A stretch of DNA of 61,633 nucleotides from Candidatus Omnitrophota bacterium (GTDB taxonomy: Bacteria > Omnitrophota > Gorgyraeia > Duberdicusellales > Duberdicusellaceae), in assembly GCA_021163425.1 (NCBI GenBank), contig JAGGWS010000067.1:1-61633 (forward strand), read 5' to 3'. A program made the translations under genes and the position numbers. Of this stretch, positions 27,645-36,821 are shown piece by piece (the first letter of the stretch is position 1; each line of letters opens with the position of its first letter). The notes below the pieces were generated by a model. It was given only the letters and a program-made list of their open reading frames with translations, made no database searches and was not told where the DNA came from.

Positions 27645-28788
27645 TATCTCCTTCTTTAAGCCTTTGCTTTGTAACCTTTATATCGCAGGCAGAAATATCT
27701 TGCCGGGTTTCAATAACTTCTAAAGAACCGATTTCTTCTCCTCTTCTTACTACTGAGAACTTATTTCCGGGCTTAATTCCTGAAGAAGAACCTAAATCGA
27801 TTATCACAAATTTTTCTTTCTCATTTACTGCTAAAATTTTACCCTCTAAAGTAGTTGTAGGCAGGCTAGCCTTAGTCTCTGGTTTTACCACAATAGGAGG
27901 AAGCTCTACAGCTTTGCTTTCTTCAGGTATCACTTCTTTAGCTGAAAATATAGCTTGAGAAAGCTGTTTCTGTAAAGCAGACATCTCCAGAGCTTTCTCC
28001 CTCAAGGTAGTTTCCATATCTTTAACCTTCCTCTCTAAGATTTGTTTCTCATCCTGAAGTTTAGAAAGGGTCCTTTCTAAATCTGCTCTCATCTTTTTAG
28101 TCAAGGTAAGTTCTCTACCTAAAGAAATGTTTTCTCCTTTTAACTTCCTAATCTCTTCCAAAATTGATTTCTTATCTTCTCTCTCTCTCACTAAATCCCT
28201 GGTAAGGATTTCTATAGTTCTACTATTAAAGTTAAGTTTTCTTTCCAGTTCTTCCTTTACATTTTCTAAAGAAGAAATTTTACTAACTAACTCTTCATTT
28301 TTCATCTTCAGGGATTTAACTTGAGCATCTTTCTCCTTAAGCTCAGAAAGAAGTTCTTCTACCTGAGCCTGGAATTCAGCCTTTTTCTGAAGAACATCCT
28401 GCCAATATTCATCAGATACTTCTCCCTTGACAGGAGAAGGTCTTTCTACTCTTATCTGTTTTAATTTCTTTAATTCTTCTACTAAGCTTTCTCTCTCTTC
28501 CTTTATATCTTCATACCTTCTCTTATACTCGTCTCGTTCTTTCTCTATTCTGTCTAAATCATCTTCAATCTTAGCTAACCTTAAAGAAAGCTTTTTATTC
28601 TTAGAAATAAGTCTTTGGTTTTCTCCTTTGTATCTATCTAAATCCTTACTAAGTTCTCTGTTCTCCCGGATAAGTGTTTGCTTTTCCTGAAATAATCTTT
28701 GAGCCTGATTATAATAATTAAAAGCTAAAAAACCACTACCCAGAAAAAGAACAATTAAGATTACTAAAATTACTTTGCTCTTCTCCAT
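27625..28788 (-). CDS. Membrane-anchored coiled-coil protein with small C-terminal beta domain
   Basis: N-terminal TM (VILVILIVLFLGSGFLAF), about 250 aa of Glu/Lys/Leu heptad-like sequence, and a C-terminal roughly 70-aa non-coiled domain. No enzymatic motifs. Confidence 0.6.
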   Translation of the reverse strand: MEKSKVILVILIVLFLGSGFLAFNYYNQAQRLFQEKQTLIRENRELSKDLDRYKGENQRLISKNKKLSLRLAKIEDDLDRIEKERDEYKRRYEDIKEERESLVEELKKLKQIRVERPSPVKGEVSDEYWQDVLQKKAEFQAQVEELLSELKEKDAQVKSLKMKNEELVSKISSLENVKEELERKLNFNSRTIEILTRDLVREREDKKSILEEIRKLKGENISLGRELTLTKKMRADLERTLSKLQDEKQILERKVKDMETTLREKALEMSALQKQLSQAIFSAKEVIPEESKAVELPPIVVKPETKASLPTTTLEGKILAVNEKEKFVIIDLGSSSGIKPGNKFSVVRRGEEIGSLEVIETRQDISACDIKVTKQRLKEGDIVKFTP

Positions 28789-28859
28789 AAATCACCTCCT
28801 TCTTTAAAAAATTATACACAATCAATTAACTTCTGTAAAGAGATTTATTCAAAAATAAT

Positions 28860-30047
28860 TCAGACGCAGGTAAAGATATTTCTCACTACTAAATTAGCAG
28901 CCCCTAAACTTACAGCTTCGTCACCTAAAGAAGAAGGGATAATCTTCAAATTTTTAGTCATCGCATCAAAAGCATACTTTTTAACCTGGGAATAAACTTC
29001 CTCTATAAAATCAAAACCACCTTTCTCCAGACCTCCACCAATAATTACCATTTGAGGATTAAGAAGATTAACTAACAAAGCTACTTTTATCCCTAAAGCT
29101 CGTGCTGATTCCCTTACTAAGTCTTTTACTCTCTTATCTTTCCTAGCCCAAAAGAAGACATCTTCTAAGTTGTCTATTTTATTATTAGCTCCCTCTCCTA
29201 AAATCCTTCTTGTTCTCTCTACAAGTTCTAAATCTGCCCTCCACTGTCTAAAAAAGGAGTACCCCCCTAAATAAGAAAAGCCTTTCTCCGAGAGATTAAT
29301 AAAAATCTCTCCAGCACATCCATCTTGACCAGTATAAAGTTCTCCGTTTATCATCATCCCTACACCCACCCCCGAAAACATATATAAGAGATTCTTAATC
29401 TCCGGTTCCAGACAGAGCCAATACTCAGCAAAACAAGCTAAATTGGCATCATTCTCAATAAAAACTGGAAGACCAAATCTTTCCTCTAAATATCTCTTAA
29501 TCGGGACAGAAATATAGGAATAAAAAAACTCGTGGTTCTGCTTCTGGGGCCAGCGAATAAGACCGCCTTTCTTATCGACTATACCTCCAATACCTAAACC
29601 TATCCCTTTTATCTTACTCTTTATACGAGAAGAACAATTTAAAAGCTCTTCAGTTATAGAAATGACTCCCTCTAAAATCTCCTCAGGAGAATTAAGAGGC
29701 TTTTCTTGTTTATATTTATAGAGAACTTTACCTTCCAAGTCAGTAATTAACCCCATACTGTTAAAAAGATTTATACCTATTCCTAGCGAATACCCTGCAG
29801 AAGAATTAATATCCAAAAGCATAGGTGGCCTTCCTCCTGAAGAAGTATCTAATTCTTTTTCATAAACTATGTTTTGAGAAATCAGCTTATCTAAGTAAGA
29901 AGAGATTGTAACCGGATTAATCCCCGAAACTTTAGAAATCTCTGCTCTGCTTAAAGGACCCCTCCTTCTTAAAATCTCTAAAATCAATAAAGTCCTTTTA
30001 GTGCGCTCGTTAAGTTCTTCTTCAAAGAAAGGATTTTCTTTCTCCAT
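28860..30047 (-). CDS. ROK-family transcriptional regulator (NagC/Mlc/XylR type)
   Basis: N-terminal winged HTH (LSRAEISKVSGINPVTISSYLDKL) plus a ROK sugar-kinase-like domain. 395 aa. Confidence 0.82.
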   Translation of the reverse strand: MEKENPFFEEELNERTKRTLLILEILRRRGPLSRAEISKVSGINPVTISSYLDKLISQNIVYEKELDTSSGGRPPMLLDINSSAGYSLGIGINLFNSMGLITDLEGKVLYKYKQEKPLNSPEEILEGVISITEELLNCSSRIKSKIKGIGLGIGGIVDKKGGLIRWPQKQNHEFFYSYISVPIKRYLEERFGLPVFIENDANLACFAEYWLCLEPEIKNLLYMFSGVGVGMMINGELYTGQDGCAGEIFINLSEKGFSYLGGYSFFRQWRADLELVERTRRILGEGANNKIDNLEDVFFWARKDKRVKDLVRESARALGIKVALLVNLLNPQMVIIGGGLEKGGFDFIEEVYSQVKKYAFDAMTKNLKIIPSSLGDEAVSLGAANLVVRNIFTCV

Positions 30048-30048
30048 A

Positions 30049-32691
30049 CTAAAACTTCCTCCTATAATAAATCCTGAATAAATGTTGAGTATCTAAACTA
30101 GACAAACTCCACTCTCCTTGCTGGTATTCATAATCATAACCCGGAGTTTCTCCAAAAATAAAATCCAAGAGAGAATTTTCATCTACTCTATATCTTAAGC
30201 CTATAAATATATTATGGTGCCCATCGTAATGAATCCCTTCTCCTTTAACCTGACGATATAAATCAATAAATTTTGAATATACATATTGAAACCATAAATT
30301 TATTTTTTCTGTGGGTAAATACTCAACTTCTAAACCCAAATGATTTATATTATCGTCTAAACCTGCAGAATATTTATTAGTATTTCTTGCGCCTTTAAAA
30401 ATTATCCTCCAATTTTGATTAGGTTTCAAAATAAACTTTCCCTTCACTATACTGTAATAGTCATAGGGAGGCAAATCAAAAAAACCCTGGTTATACAAAA
30501 GGGGAACTACCTTATCATATAAAATTCCATTTATAGTTTCACTAGTAACATAAGTATTAGCTAAAAGAGCTCGGGGAAAATTTTCAGGGTCATTAGTACG
30601 CTCATAAATTCCTTCTAGGGAAAAATAATCGGTAAGGTCGTATTTGAACCCTAAACTAAAATGCCCTACAGAAGGGTTCTTCCCGTCCACCACTTGAGAA
30701 TTCTCTACAAACTCCCACCTATCACTGAAATAATCAGTCAAGGAATAGACAATATCAGAAGTAATAATAGGGTCATATCCGGCTTTAGTAAGAGGTAAAT
30801 CTCTATACCAGAAGAGAGTCTTTAATAAAAGAGAAGGGTTAACTCTGTAGTTGGTTTCTAACCTGGAAACTGTCTCTAAGTATTTACCATTATCCTGATG
30901 GGCGTTTCTTAAATTAAACAGGAAATCAAAATCTGAGGAAATTGCTCTCTGAAAAGTTAAACCCGCTACATATCTTCCCCGGTTTATGCTATCTCCTAAA
31001 TAAATAGCTTGGTTCTCGGGACTAATCTCTTCAAACCTTATGTGTTTGGACCAAAAAGGGTCTAAACAAGTATAGCGATAATTAGAAAGAGCAGGATAAA
31101 AATCATCCTCTAAGTAAGCAAACCAAACTTCATCTCTGTAAACCTCTTTTTCTTCTTCTTTCTTAATACTCTTAAACCCTAAACTATAAGCTCCTCCCTC
31201 ATAACTAGTCTCTATCCCATTTGCTTCATCTATATCAGTAGTAGAGTAAGCAGTCTGAAAGTAAAAAGAACTCTCTTCATCTAAGGAATAAGCATAATCA
31301 AGACTATAGACAAAATTCTTAGCTTCAAAACTCCCCCCGGTTATTCCTAACTTAGTAGTCTGAGTAAAACCTAAGGTATGGTTATCTAAAAAGTCATACT
31401 TAATTCTTAAAGCTTCTGCTAAGGAGTGAACTCTCTCATACTCATCCCAGAAATTCATTGGTGAAGCCAAAGTAAATTGGGTAATTAGTCTATCTAAATC
31501 CCAATCCCAAGAAAATCCTCTCAAAAAAGTTAATCTTTGTAAATCACTGTCTCGAGCTACAAAAGACCAGCGCCTTTGCCATCTTCCTTTTTTTAAAGGG
31601 TTACCTGTTCTAGTAAAAACCCGAGAAGGCTCATAATCATCAAGCCAGGGGCTTTCTTCCCACCAGATATGTTTATTAGAAAGAACAAGAGGGTCATCAG
31701 TAGTTAATGCCTGATCCTGATAAGCTATGGGGAAAAACCTGAACTTAAAACTTTCTCCTTTATAATCAATAAAGCACTGCCTAAAAAACCTGTACATCCT
31801 ATCTATCTGAGTAGGAGTTATCTGATTAAAGTTAGTAAACCAGTTAGAAAGTCCACTAGGAGTAGTAGGAGTAGTTTTGCCATCTATTACCTTTATTTCA
31901 CCTACTGTAACAATATTTCCTAATTCTGAGCGATAAACTTCATCAATAGTCTTTCCTGAGCCAGCCCAGTACTTTAAATCCATCTTTACTTTGTCATTGC
32001 CCACTACTGAACTCACTTCTACTCGGGTCTTTCCCACAAAACTCCAAGGGTCAACCACCATCTGCAAAAAACCTCCCCAACCTTCCTCAACCTCAGAATT
32101 TATATCCAGATTCACCCTTAATCTATCATAAATAGCCTCATCAAAGGTATTGTAACGCTCTTTACCCCAGAGATAACGCCAATTCTTTTCATAGGGGACT
32201 CCCGTCTTATCAGCATTTGCTTCTTTCCAAATAAAATCTGAAGAGTTTACCCCAAAACTCAATTGATAATCACCGCTAACTTTTACATTGGGGCTTTTCT
32301 TTTCAGGTTGCTCCTCTCTAATTTTTTCCTCTGGTTTTTCTTTTCTTCTCTCCAGAGGCTTTTGTACATAAACTTCTTTTTCTCCTGCAGGAGAAGGCGA
32401 AGTAATTTTTTCTTTTCCCGTATCTAAATAATCTAAGTAATTATTAATAACCTCTTTTCTCGCTTTCTCTTTAGCCAATTTAAGATATTCCTGAGATAAC
32501 TCATCTGAAGAATCAGCTAAAACCGCTTTAGTAAACTCAGTGATTGCTGACTGATAATCACCTTTAAGGTAATATTTCTTCCCCAATTCCCGAAAATACT
32601 CCGAAGTAGAAGAAGAAAACCCTGCCTTCAGAAAAGAAAATAAAAAAAGAAATAAAAGGAAAAAGAGATTATTACTCCTTAATCTACCCAT
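30049..32691 (-). CDS. Large secreted protein, probable outer-membrane beta-barrel (N-terminal TPR-like segment)
   Basis: Signal peptide. About 700 aa rich in alternating aromatic/polar residues (Y/F/W/D/N). C-terminal ...RIYYRRKF ends in Phe, as in many OMPs. I prefer ATG 32691 (MGRLRS) over TTG 32694. Confidence 0.6.
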   Translation of the reverse strand: MGRLRSNNLFFLLFLFLFSFLKAGFSSSTSEYFRELGKKYYLKGDYQSAITEFTKAVLADSSDELSQEYLKLAKEKARKEVINNYLDYLDTGKEKITSPSPAGEKEVYVQKPLERRKEKPEEKIREEQPEKKSPNVKVSGDYQLSFGVNSSDFIWKEANADKTGVPYEKNWRYLWGKERYNTFDEAIYDRLRVNLDINSEVEEGWGGFLQMVVDPWSFVGKTRVEVSSVVGNDKVKMDLKYWAGSGKTIDEVYRSELGNIVTVGEIKVIDGKTTPTTPSGLSNWFTNFNQITPTQIDRMYRFFRQCFIDYKGESFKFRFFPIAYQDQALTTDDPLVLSNKHIWWEESPWLDDYEPSRVFTRTGNPLKKGRWQRRWSFVARDSDLQRLTFLRGFSWDWDLDRLITQFTLASPMNFWDEYERVHSLAEALRIKYDFLDNHTLGFTQTTKLGITGGSFEAKNFVYSLDYAYSLDEESSFYFQTAYSTTDIDEANGIETSYEGGAYSLGFKSIKKEEEKEVYRDEVWFAYLEDDFYPALSNYRYTCLDPFWSKHIRFEEISPENQAIYLGDSINRGRYVAGLTFQRAISSDFDFLFNLRNAHQDNGKYLETVSRLETNYRVNPSLLLKTLFWYRDLPLTKAGYDPIITSDIVYSLTDYFSDRWEFVENSQVVDGKNPSVGHFSLGFKYDLTDYFSLEGIYERTNDPENFPRALLANTYVTSETINGILYDKVVPLLYNQGFFDLPPYDYYSIVKGKFILKPNQNWRIIFKGARNTNKYSAGLDDNINHLGLEVEYLPTEKINLWFQYVYSKFIDLYRQVKGEGIHYDGHHNIFIGLRYRVDENSLLDFIFGETPGYDYEYQQGEWSLSSLDTQHLFRIYYRRKF

Positions 32692-32698
32692 CAAAAAA

Positions 32699-32726
32699 AT
32701 TTTATCAGAAAGGAGTATTTTTGCAA
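32699..32726 (-). promoter_or_regulatory. Putative internal promoter placed 7 nt upstream of the barrel-protein ATG
   Basis: Minus strand TTGCAA(32726-32721)-N16-TAAAAT(32704-32699)-N7-ATG(32691). No SD. Confidence 0.4.
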
Positions 32727-32734
32727 CAAAATTA

Positions 32735-34273
32735 TTAACTTTTTAAAAAATCAAGGGGAATCTCTTCAGAATAGATTACCTTTCCCAAAAATGAAAGATA
32801 GACCCGGAGAAGATAATCAGGAGAAAGCTCACCAGAAAAAGTCTTTCCTTCTTTCTCCCAGACTACTTTGCCCTCTTTCTCTGCTCTCCAGAAAACCTCT
32901 AAAAGACTTTCTGGTAAAGGCGGGAAAACTTTAACTTCTAATCCTATACTTTTTCCTTTAACTTTTTTCTTAATTACCTCCAACCTGTAAATATTGAAGA
33001 AACAAGAGTCAAGCCCAGAAAAAGTATCCCCAGTTACTACTTCTACTAAATTGATGATTTTAAAACCTTCTTTTTTAAAAGACGTTTGAAAACTGGGAGT
33101 ATTGGTAGCTATCTTAACCCCTCCTAAATCTCCTGACCAGAGAAAAAGACCTTGAGGTTGTAAACACCCTGTATCCGGAGAGAGAGAAAGACTTTTTAAA
33201 TTCACTCTTTGACCTAAAAAAGCTCTGGCTGGACAAGAATCTATCTGCAGTCTCCCTTTTAAAAAAAGATCTTTTTCCTTTAAGGCTCTTAAGAACATCT
33301 CCTCATTATAAGAGAGCTTTTCTAAATTTACTCTATCTTTCATAACATTTAAGTATCTATCTACCTTAAAACCTCTATCCTTTAATTTCAGAAAATACTC
33401 TTCAGCCTGAGAAAAATCACTCAATTTATACAAATAAATAAAACCTAACCTCCAGATAACTTCGTCCAGCAAAGGAGATTCAGGAAATTTGTCTAAAAAA
33501 TTTTTGTAGGCTGAAACAGCCTTCTCGTATTCAGAAGCTTTCTCCAAGTTATAGGCTCTTAAATAAAGCCAATCAGAAGATATATCGTCTAAATCAGAAA
33601 ATTCTTTAAAGAGTTCTTCAGCAAAATAAGGCTGACAATATTCTTTAAATCCATCACAGATACTCCTCTCAATAAAATTCTTAGCTTCCTCCTTAAATTC
33701 TTTTTCCCCTCTGATTAGATTAAGATAGCTCTTAGCCAATTTAGAAAAAGTCTCTATATCCTTCTGGTTGTAGAAAGATTCCAATTCTTCTCTAAGAACC
33801 TGGGAAGATTTACTCTTTTGGAGGAATTCTATATAGAGAGAGGTAACCTTTCTCTTAAATTGCCTATTTTCAGGAGGGATTTCTGAAAGAACTTTTTTTA
33901 AGAAAGAAATAAGCTCAGGGTCCCCTGTTTTTACTCCTTCTAATTCTTTAAGAAATAATTCCTCCTCCTGTTTAACATCCTTTAAGTCTAAGAGGTATTT
34001 TAATCTTAAAAGGAGGTAGTGAGCCTGGAGTTTAAGAAGAAGGGGTTTGTCTATCGGACTAAGAAGCTCAACAATTTCTTTAAAATACTTCTCTTTAAAA
34101 GAGAAGAAATTTTCCCAATCTTTATCTTCCTGCCATTTTTTAAGTTGAAGAAACAACTCTTCAGCTTTTTTAATATTCTCCCTAAAAAAGGTCAGACCTT
34201 GAGGATGTTGAGCTAAACTCTGAACAGAAAGATAAAAAAGAACGAAAAAGAGAAAACTAAACTTCCTAATCAT
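32735..34273 (-). CDS. Secreted TPR-repeat protein
   Basis: Signal peptide. TPR-like helical repeats (SEYEKAVSAYKNFLDKFPESP, FSQAEEYFLKL). C-terminal beta-rich region. Confidence 0.6.
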   Translation of the reverse strand: MIRKFSFLFFVLFYLSVQSLAQHPQGLTFFRENIKKAEELFLQLKKWQEDKDWENFFSFKEKYFKEIVELLSPIDKPLLLKLQAHYLLLRLKYLLDLKDVKQEEELFLKELEGVKTGDPELISFLKKVLSEIPPENRQFKRKVTSLYIEFLQKSKSSQVLREELESFYNQKDIETFSKLAKSYLNLIRGEKEFKEEAKNFIERSICDGFKEYCQPYFAEELFKEFSDLDDISSDWLYLRAYNLEKASEYEKAVSAYKNFLDKFPESPLLDEVIWRLGFIYLYKLSDFSQAEEYFLKLKDRGFKVDRYLNVMKDRVNLEKLSYNEEMFLRALKEKDLFLKGRLQIDSCPARAFLGQRVNLKSLSLSPDTGCLQPQGLFLWSGDLGGVKIATNTPSFQTSFKKEGFKIINLVEVVTGDTFSGLDSCFFNIYRLEVIKKKVKGKSIGLEVKVFPPLPESLLEVFWRAEKEGKVVWEKEGKTFSGELSPDYLLRVYLSFLGKVIYSEEIPLDFLKS

Positions 34274-35471
34274 TGTCTAAAAAGTTAGCGGGATTTTGAA
34301 AAAATTCTCTTAAAATATAGTAAGCTTTACGAGGCCTTTTCTTAAAACCTTCCTCAGACTTCTCCCAGGCTACAATCCCAAACCATTCCTCATTCATATT
34401 TAAATTCCGGGGTGCTTTTATATCAAAATAATAAGCTCCGTTTGACCAGCCTCCCAAAGTATCGTGGTAACCCCATAAAGACCTATCTGAAGGATTGTGT
34501 TTCCACCACTCATCTGACCACTCAAAGATAACCCCTCCTAAACAATTTCCCCTTTTTTTGAAAAAAGTACTATTTCTATAGATATCTATCCACTGAGAAA
34601 GCAAGAATTTTGCCTGAATATCCTGGTCTTCTCTTTTCCGGTAAGCATCGTAAGCATCACAACCTGTCTCAGAAATCAAAACTGGCTTATTAAAGATATG
34701 CTTTAGGGAATTGAAGATATTGCCAAATCTTTTCCCCCGGTAGAAAATTAAAGCAAGAAAGTCTACAGCTTTAGCCTTCTGAGAAGCTGTATCTAAAGTT
34801 ATAAGCTCTCCATTCCCCAGACCTACTGGATGGTCTTTATCTATTTCTTTTATAGCCTTGGCTATCTCGTTAACAAAACTATAGTAAATCTCAGCTTTTT
34901 TATCTATTCTCTCCCGGGGAGATTCCAACTTTTCAACTTCAGGAGAGGTCCAGCCATTAACCTTTCCTGAAAAAGAATAATTGTTTTCGTTCCCTAATAT
35001 CCAGCAAAGTAAACCTTCCTCTTCTTTTAAGGCTTCCACCATTCTTAAAACATCTTCTTTTACCTTATTTCGGAAATCTTTATCTCCATAGAAAGGAGAA
35101 GGGTAGTTCCAAAACCCCAACCAGTGACCCATTATGGTGTAGATACCTTCTTCGTAAAAAACCCCTATTACTTTCCTGGTCTGCTCTAAATCTAAACAAG
35201 GCTCATAAAATCTAACTGTATTAAACCCTGCCTGTTTTATCAACTTTGCGTCTTCTCTTATACTCTCTAAATCCTGCCAGAAGTTATAGGTAAAATCTTT
35301 TCCCGGAGGAATGGGATGGTAAATTACTCCTTTTACTAAGAAGGGTTTACCTTCCACAAGAAGCTGAAATCCGCCTTCTTTATTCTCTCTAATCTCTATA
35401 GGGATAGCCTCTAAGTTAGTTAAGTAAATAACGCCTGCTACCCAGCAGAAAATAAAAAATCTTCTTCTCAT
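34266..35471 (-). CDS. Secreted clan GH-A-like (TIM-barrel) glycoside hydrolase, family unassigned
   Basis: Signal peptide. NTVRFYEP, acid/base-like GNENN, nucleophile-like ISETG, FEWSDEWWK. Paralogous to the C-terminal half of 36822-39107. Confidence 0.65.
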   Translation of the reverse strand: MRRRFFIFCWVAGVIYLTNLEAIPIEIRENKEGGFQLLVEGKPFLVKGVIYHPIPPGKDFTYNFWQDLESIREDAKLIKQAGFNTVRFYEPCLDLEQTRKVIGVFYEEGIYTIMGHWLGFWNYPSPFYGDKDFRNKVKEDVLRMVEALKEEEGLLCWILGNENNYSFSGKVNGWTSPEVEKLESPRERIDKKAEIYYSFVNEIAKAIKEIDKDHPVGLGNGELITLDTASQKAKAVDFLALIFYRGKRFGNIFNSLKHIFNKPVLISETGCDAYDAYRKREDQDIQAKFLLSQWIDIYRNSTFFKKRGNCLGGVIFEWSDEWWKHNPSDRSLWGYHDTLGGWSNGAYYFDIKAPRNLNMNEEWFGIVAWEKSEEGFKKRPRKAYYILREFFQNPANFLDND

Positions 35472-35561
35472 CTCTCCTCTTTTACAGGAAAATACATCCC
35501 TTCTGAAGAGACTTCTCTCCTTTATCTATTCTTTAATTTTAAACCTTACCTGCCTAAATTT

Positions 35562-36716
35562 TTAGTCTTTTTCGTACCTTATCTCGTCTAAATAAAAAAC
35601 CGCACCTTCAGGGTTAACATCAGCATTAGTTGACCAGCAAAAACCCCCAATTATGTAAGATAAATCTTTTCCCCTTAAGTCTATGGTATATTTTTTCCAT
35701 TCGGGGGTCAAGACTACCGGTCCTATACCTGCAGAGTCAGAGTCTGAATATTCTCCCATTATTCCACCTATCTTAAACTCTTCAATTCTTTCTCCACCTT
35801 CTTCTCCCCGAGCCCAGAAAGTAAGTTTAGTAGCTCCAGTTAAGTCATAACCTCCATCTTTTGAACCCCAGTTATTAGCAGGATTCTGCCAGTAGATACC
35901 AGCCCAGCGGGCTCCCTGCGAGGCTTTAGCAGTATAGACTATCTTTATACAGGAAGAACCGGAATAAGGATTATCTTTACAATTCTGGTCAAACTTTATA
36001 TCCTGAGCATCACCCATCCAGCCTGAAGGGATATAGTGATTGTCTAAAGAGGTGGCATCAGCATAAACATAGAAAGGGAATTCCACTCTCTTTGATTCAG
36101 GTTCTAAATCAGGGTCAAAAGTAAAATAGATGTCATCTAAGTAGACAACCGCACCCTGAGGATTGTGGTCAGCAGTTAAAATTATACCTAAACCACCGCT
36201 TATATAAGATAAATCAACTCCTGCCAAATTTACTGAATACTCCTGCCAATCAGAAGTAAGTTGAACAGGTCCTGCTTCTTTTTCTCCAGAGTCAGGATAA
36301 GCTACCTCTGTGCCTATCCCAATACCCCCTACTTTTACTTTGCTTATTACCTCTCCTCCTTGAGCACCTCTGGCTCTAAAGACCAGCTTATTAAAACCGG
36401 TTAAATCAAATCCTCCTTTTCTGTTCCCCCAGTTATTAGGTGGAGACTGCCAGTAAATCCCGGCCCAACCTTTACCCTGGCTTCTCTTAGCTGAATAGGT
36501 TATCTTTATACAGGTAGCTCCGGAAAAAGGCTCTTCCATACTCTGATCATCAAGACCTATGTCTCCATAATCACCCATCCAGCCCGAAGGAGCATAATGA
36601 TTAGAAGAAGAAGTCTTATCAGTATAGATATCAAACCTCTTCTCTTCCTGGCTATAACCAGAAACTCCTAAACCTACTAATCCCAAAATCAGCAACAACC
36701 TCAGATACCCCCTCAT
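35562..36716 (-). CDS. Secreted protein with two tandem carbohydrate-binding-module-like domains
   Basis: Signal peptide. Internal duplication: NHYAPSGWMGDYGDI...CIKITYSAKRSQGKGWAGIYWQSPPNNWG...DLTG versus NHYIPSGWMGDAQDI...CIKIVYTAKASQGARWAGIYWQNPANNWG...DLTG. SD AGGAGG. Confidence 0.65.
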   Translation of the reverse strand: MRGYLRLLLILGLVGLGVSGYSQEEKRFDIYTDKTSSSNHYAPSGWMGDYGDIGLDDQSMEEPFSGATCIKITYSAKRSQGKGWAGIYWQSPPNNWGNRKGGFDLTGFNKLVFRARGAQGGEVISKVKVGGIGIGTEVAYPDSGEKEAGPVQLTSDWQEYSVNLAGVDLSYISGGLGIILTADHNPQGAVVYLDDIYFTFDPDLEPESKRVEFPFYVYADATSLDNHYIPSGWMGDAQDIKFDQNCKDNPYSGSSCIKIVYTAKASQGARWAGIYWQNPANNWGSKDGGYDLTGATKLTFWARGEEGGERIEEFKIGGIMGEYSDSDSAGIGPVVLTPEWKKYTIDLRGKDLSYIIGGFCWSTNADVNPEGAVFYLDEIRYEKD

Positions 36717-36821
36717 TTCTTACCTCCTTTTTTACTTTTACATCTTGAATTTTTAAAAACCCTTATCTCCACACCTCCTTTCTTACCTTATATATAAGTA
36801 TTGCTCTCCCAACAAAACTAT

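Noticed and set aside
27632-28690. Three Ser/Leu/Phe-rich plus-strand ORFs (27632-27958, 28127-28324, 28427-28690)
   Set aside because: They are the antisense reading of the Glu/Lys/Leu-rich coiled-coil gene. GAA, AAA and TTA codons read in reverse give TTC, TTT and TAA-free S/L/F strings, which is a compositional artefact.
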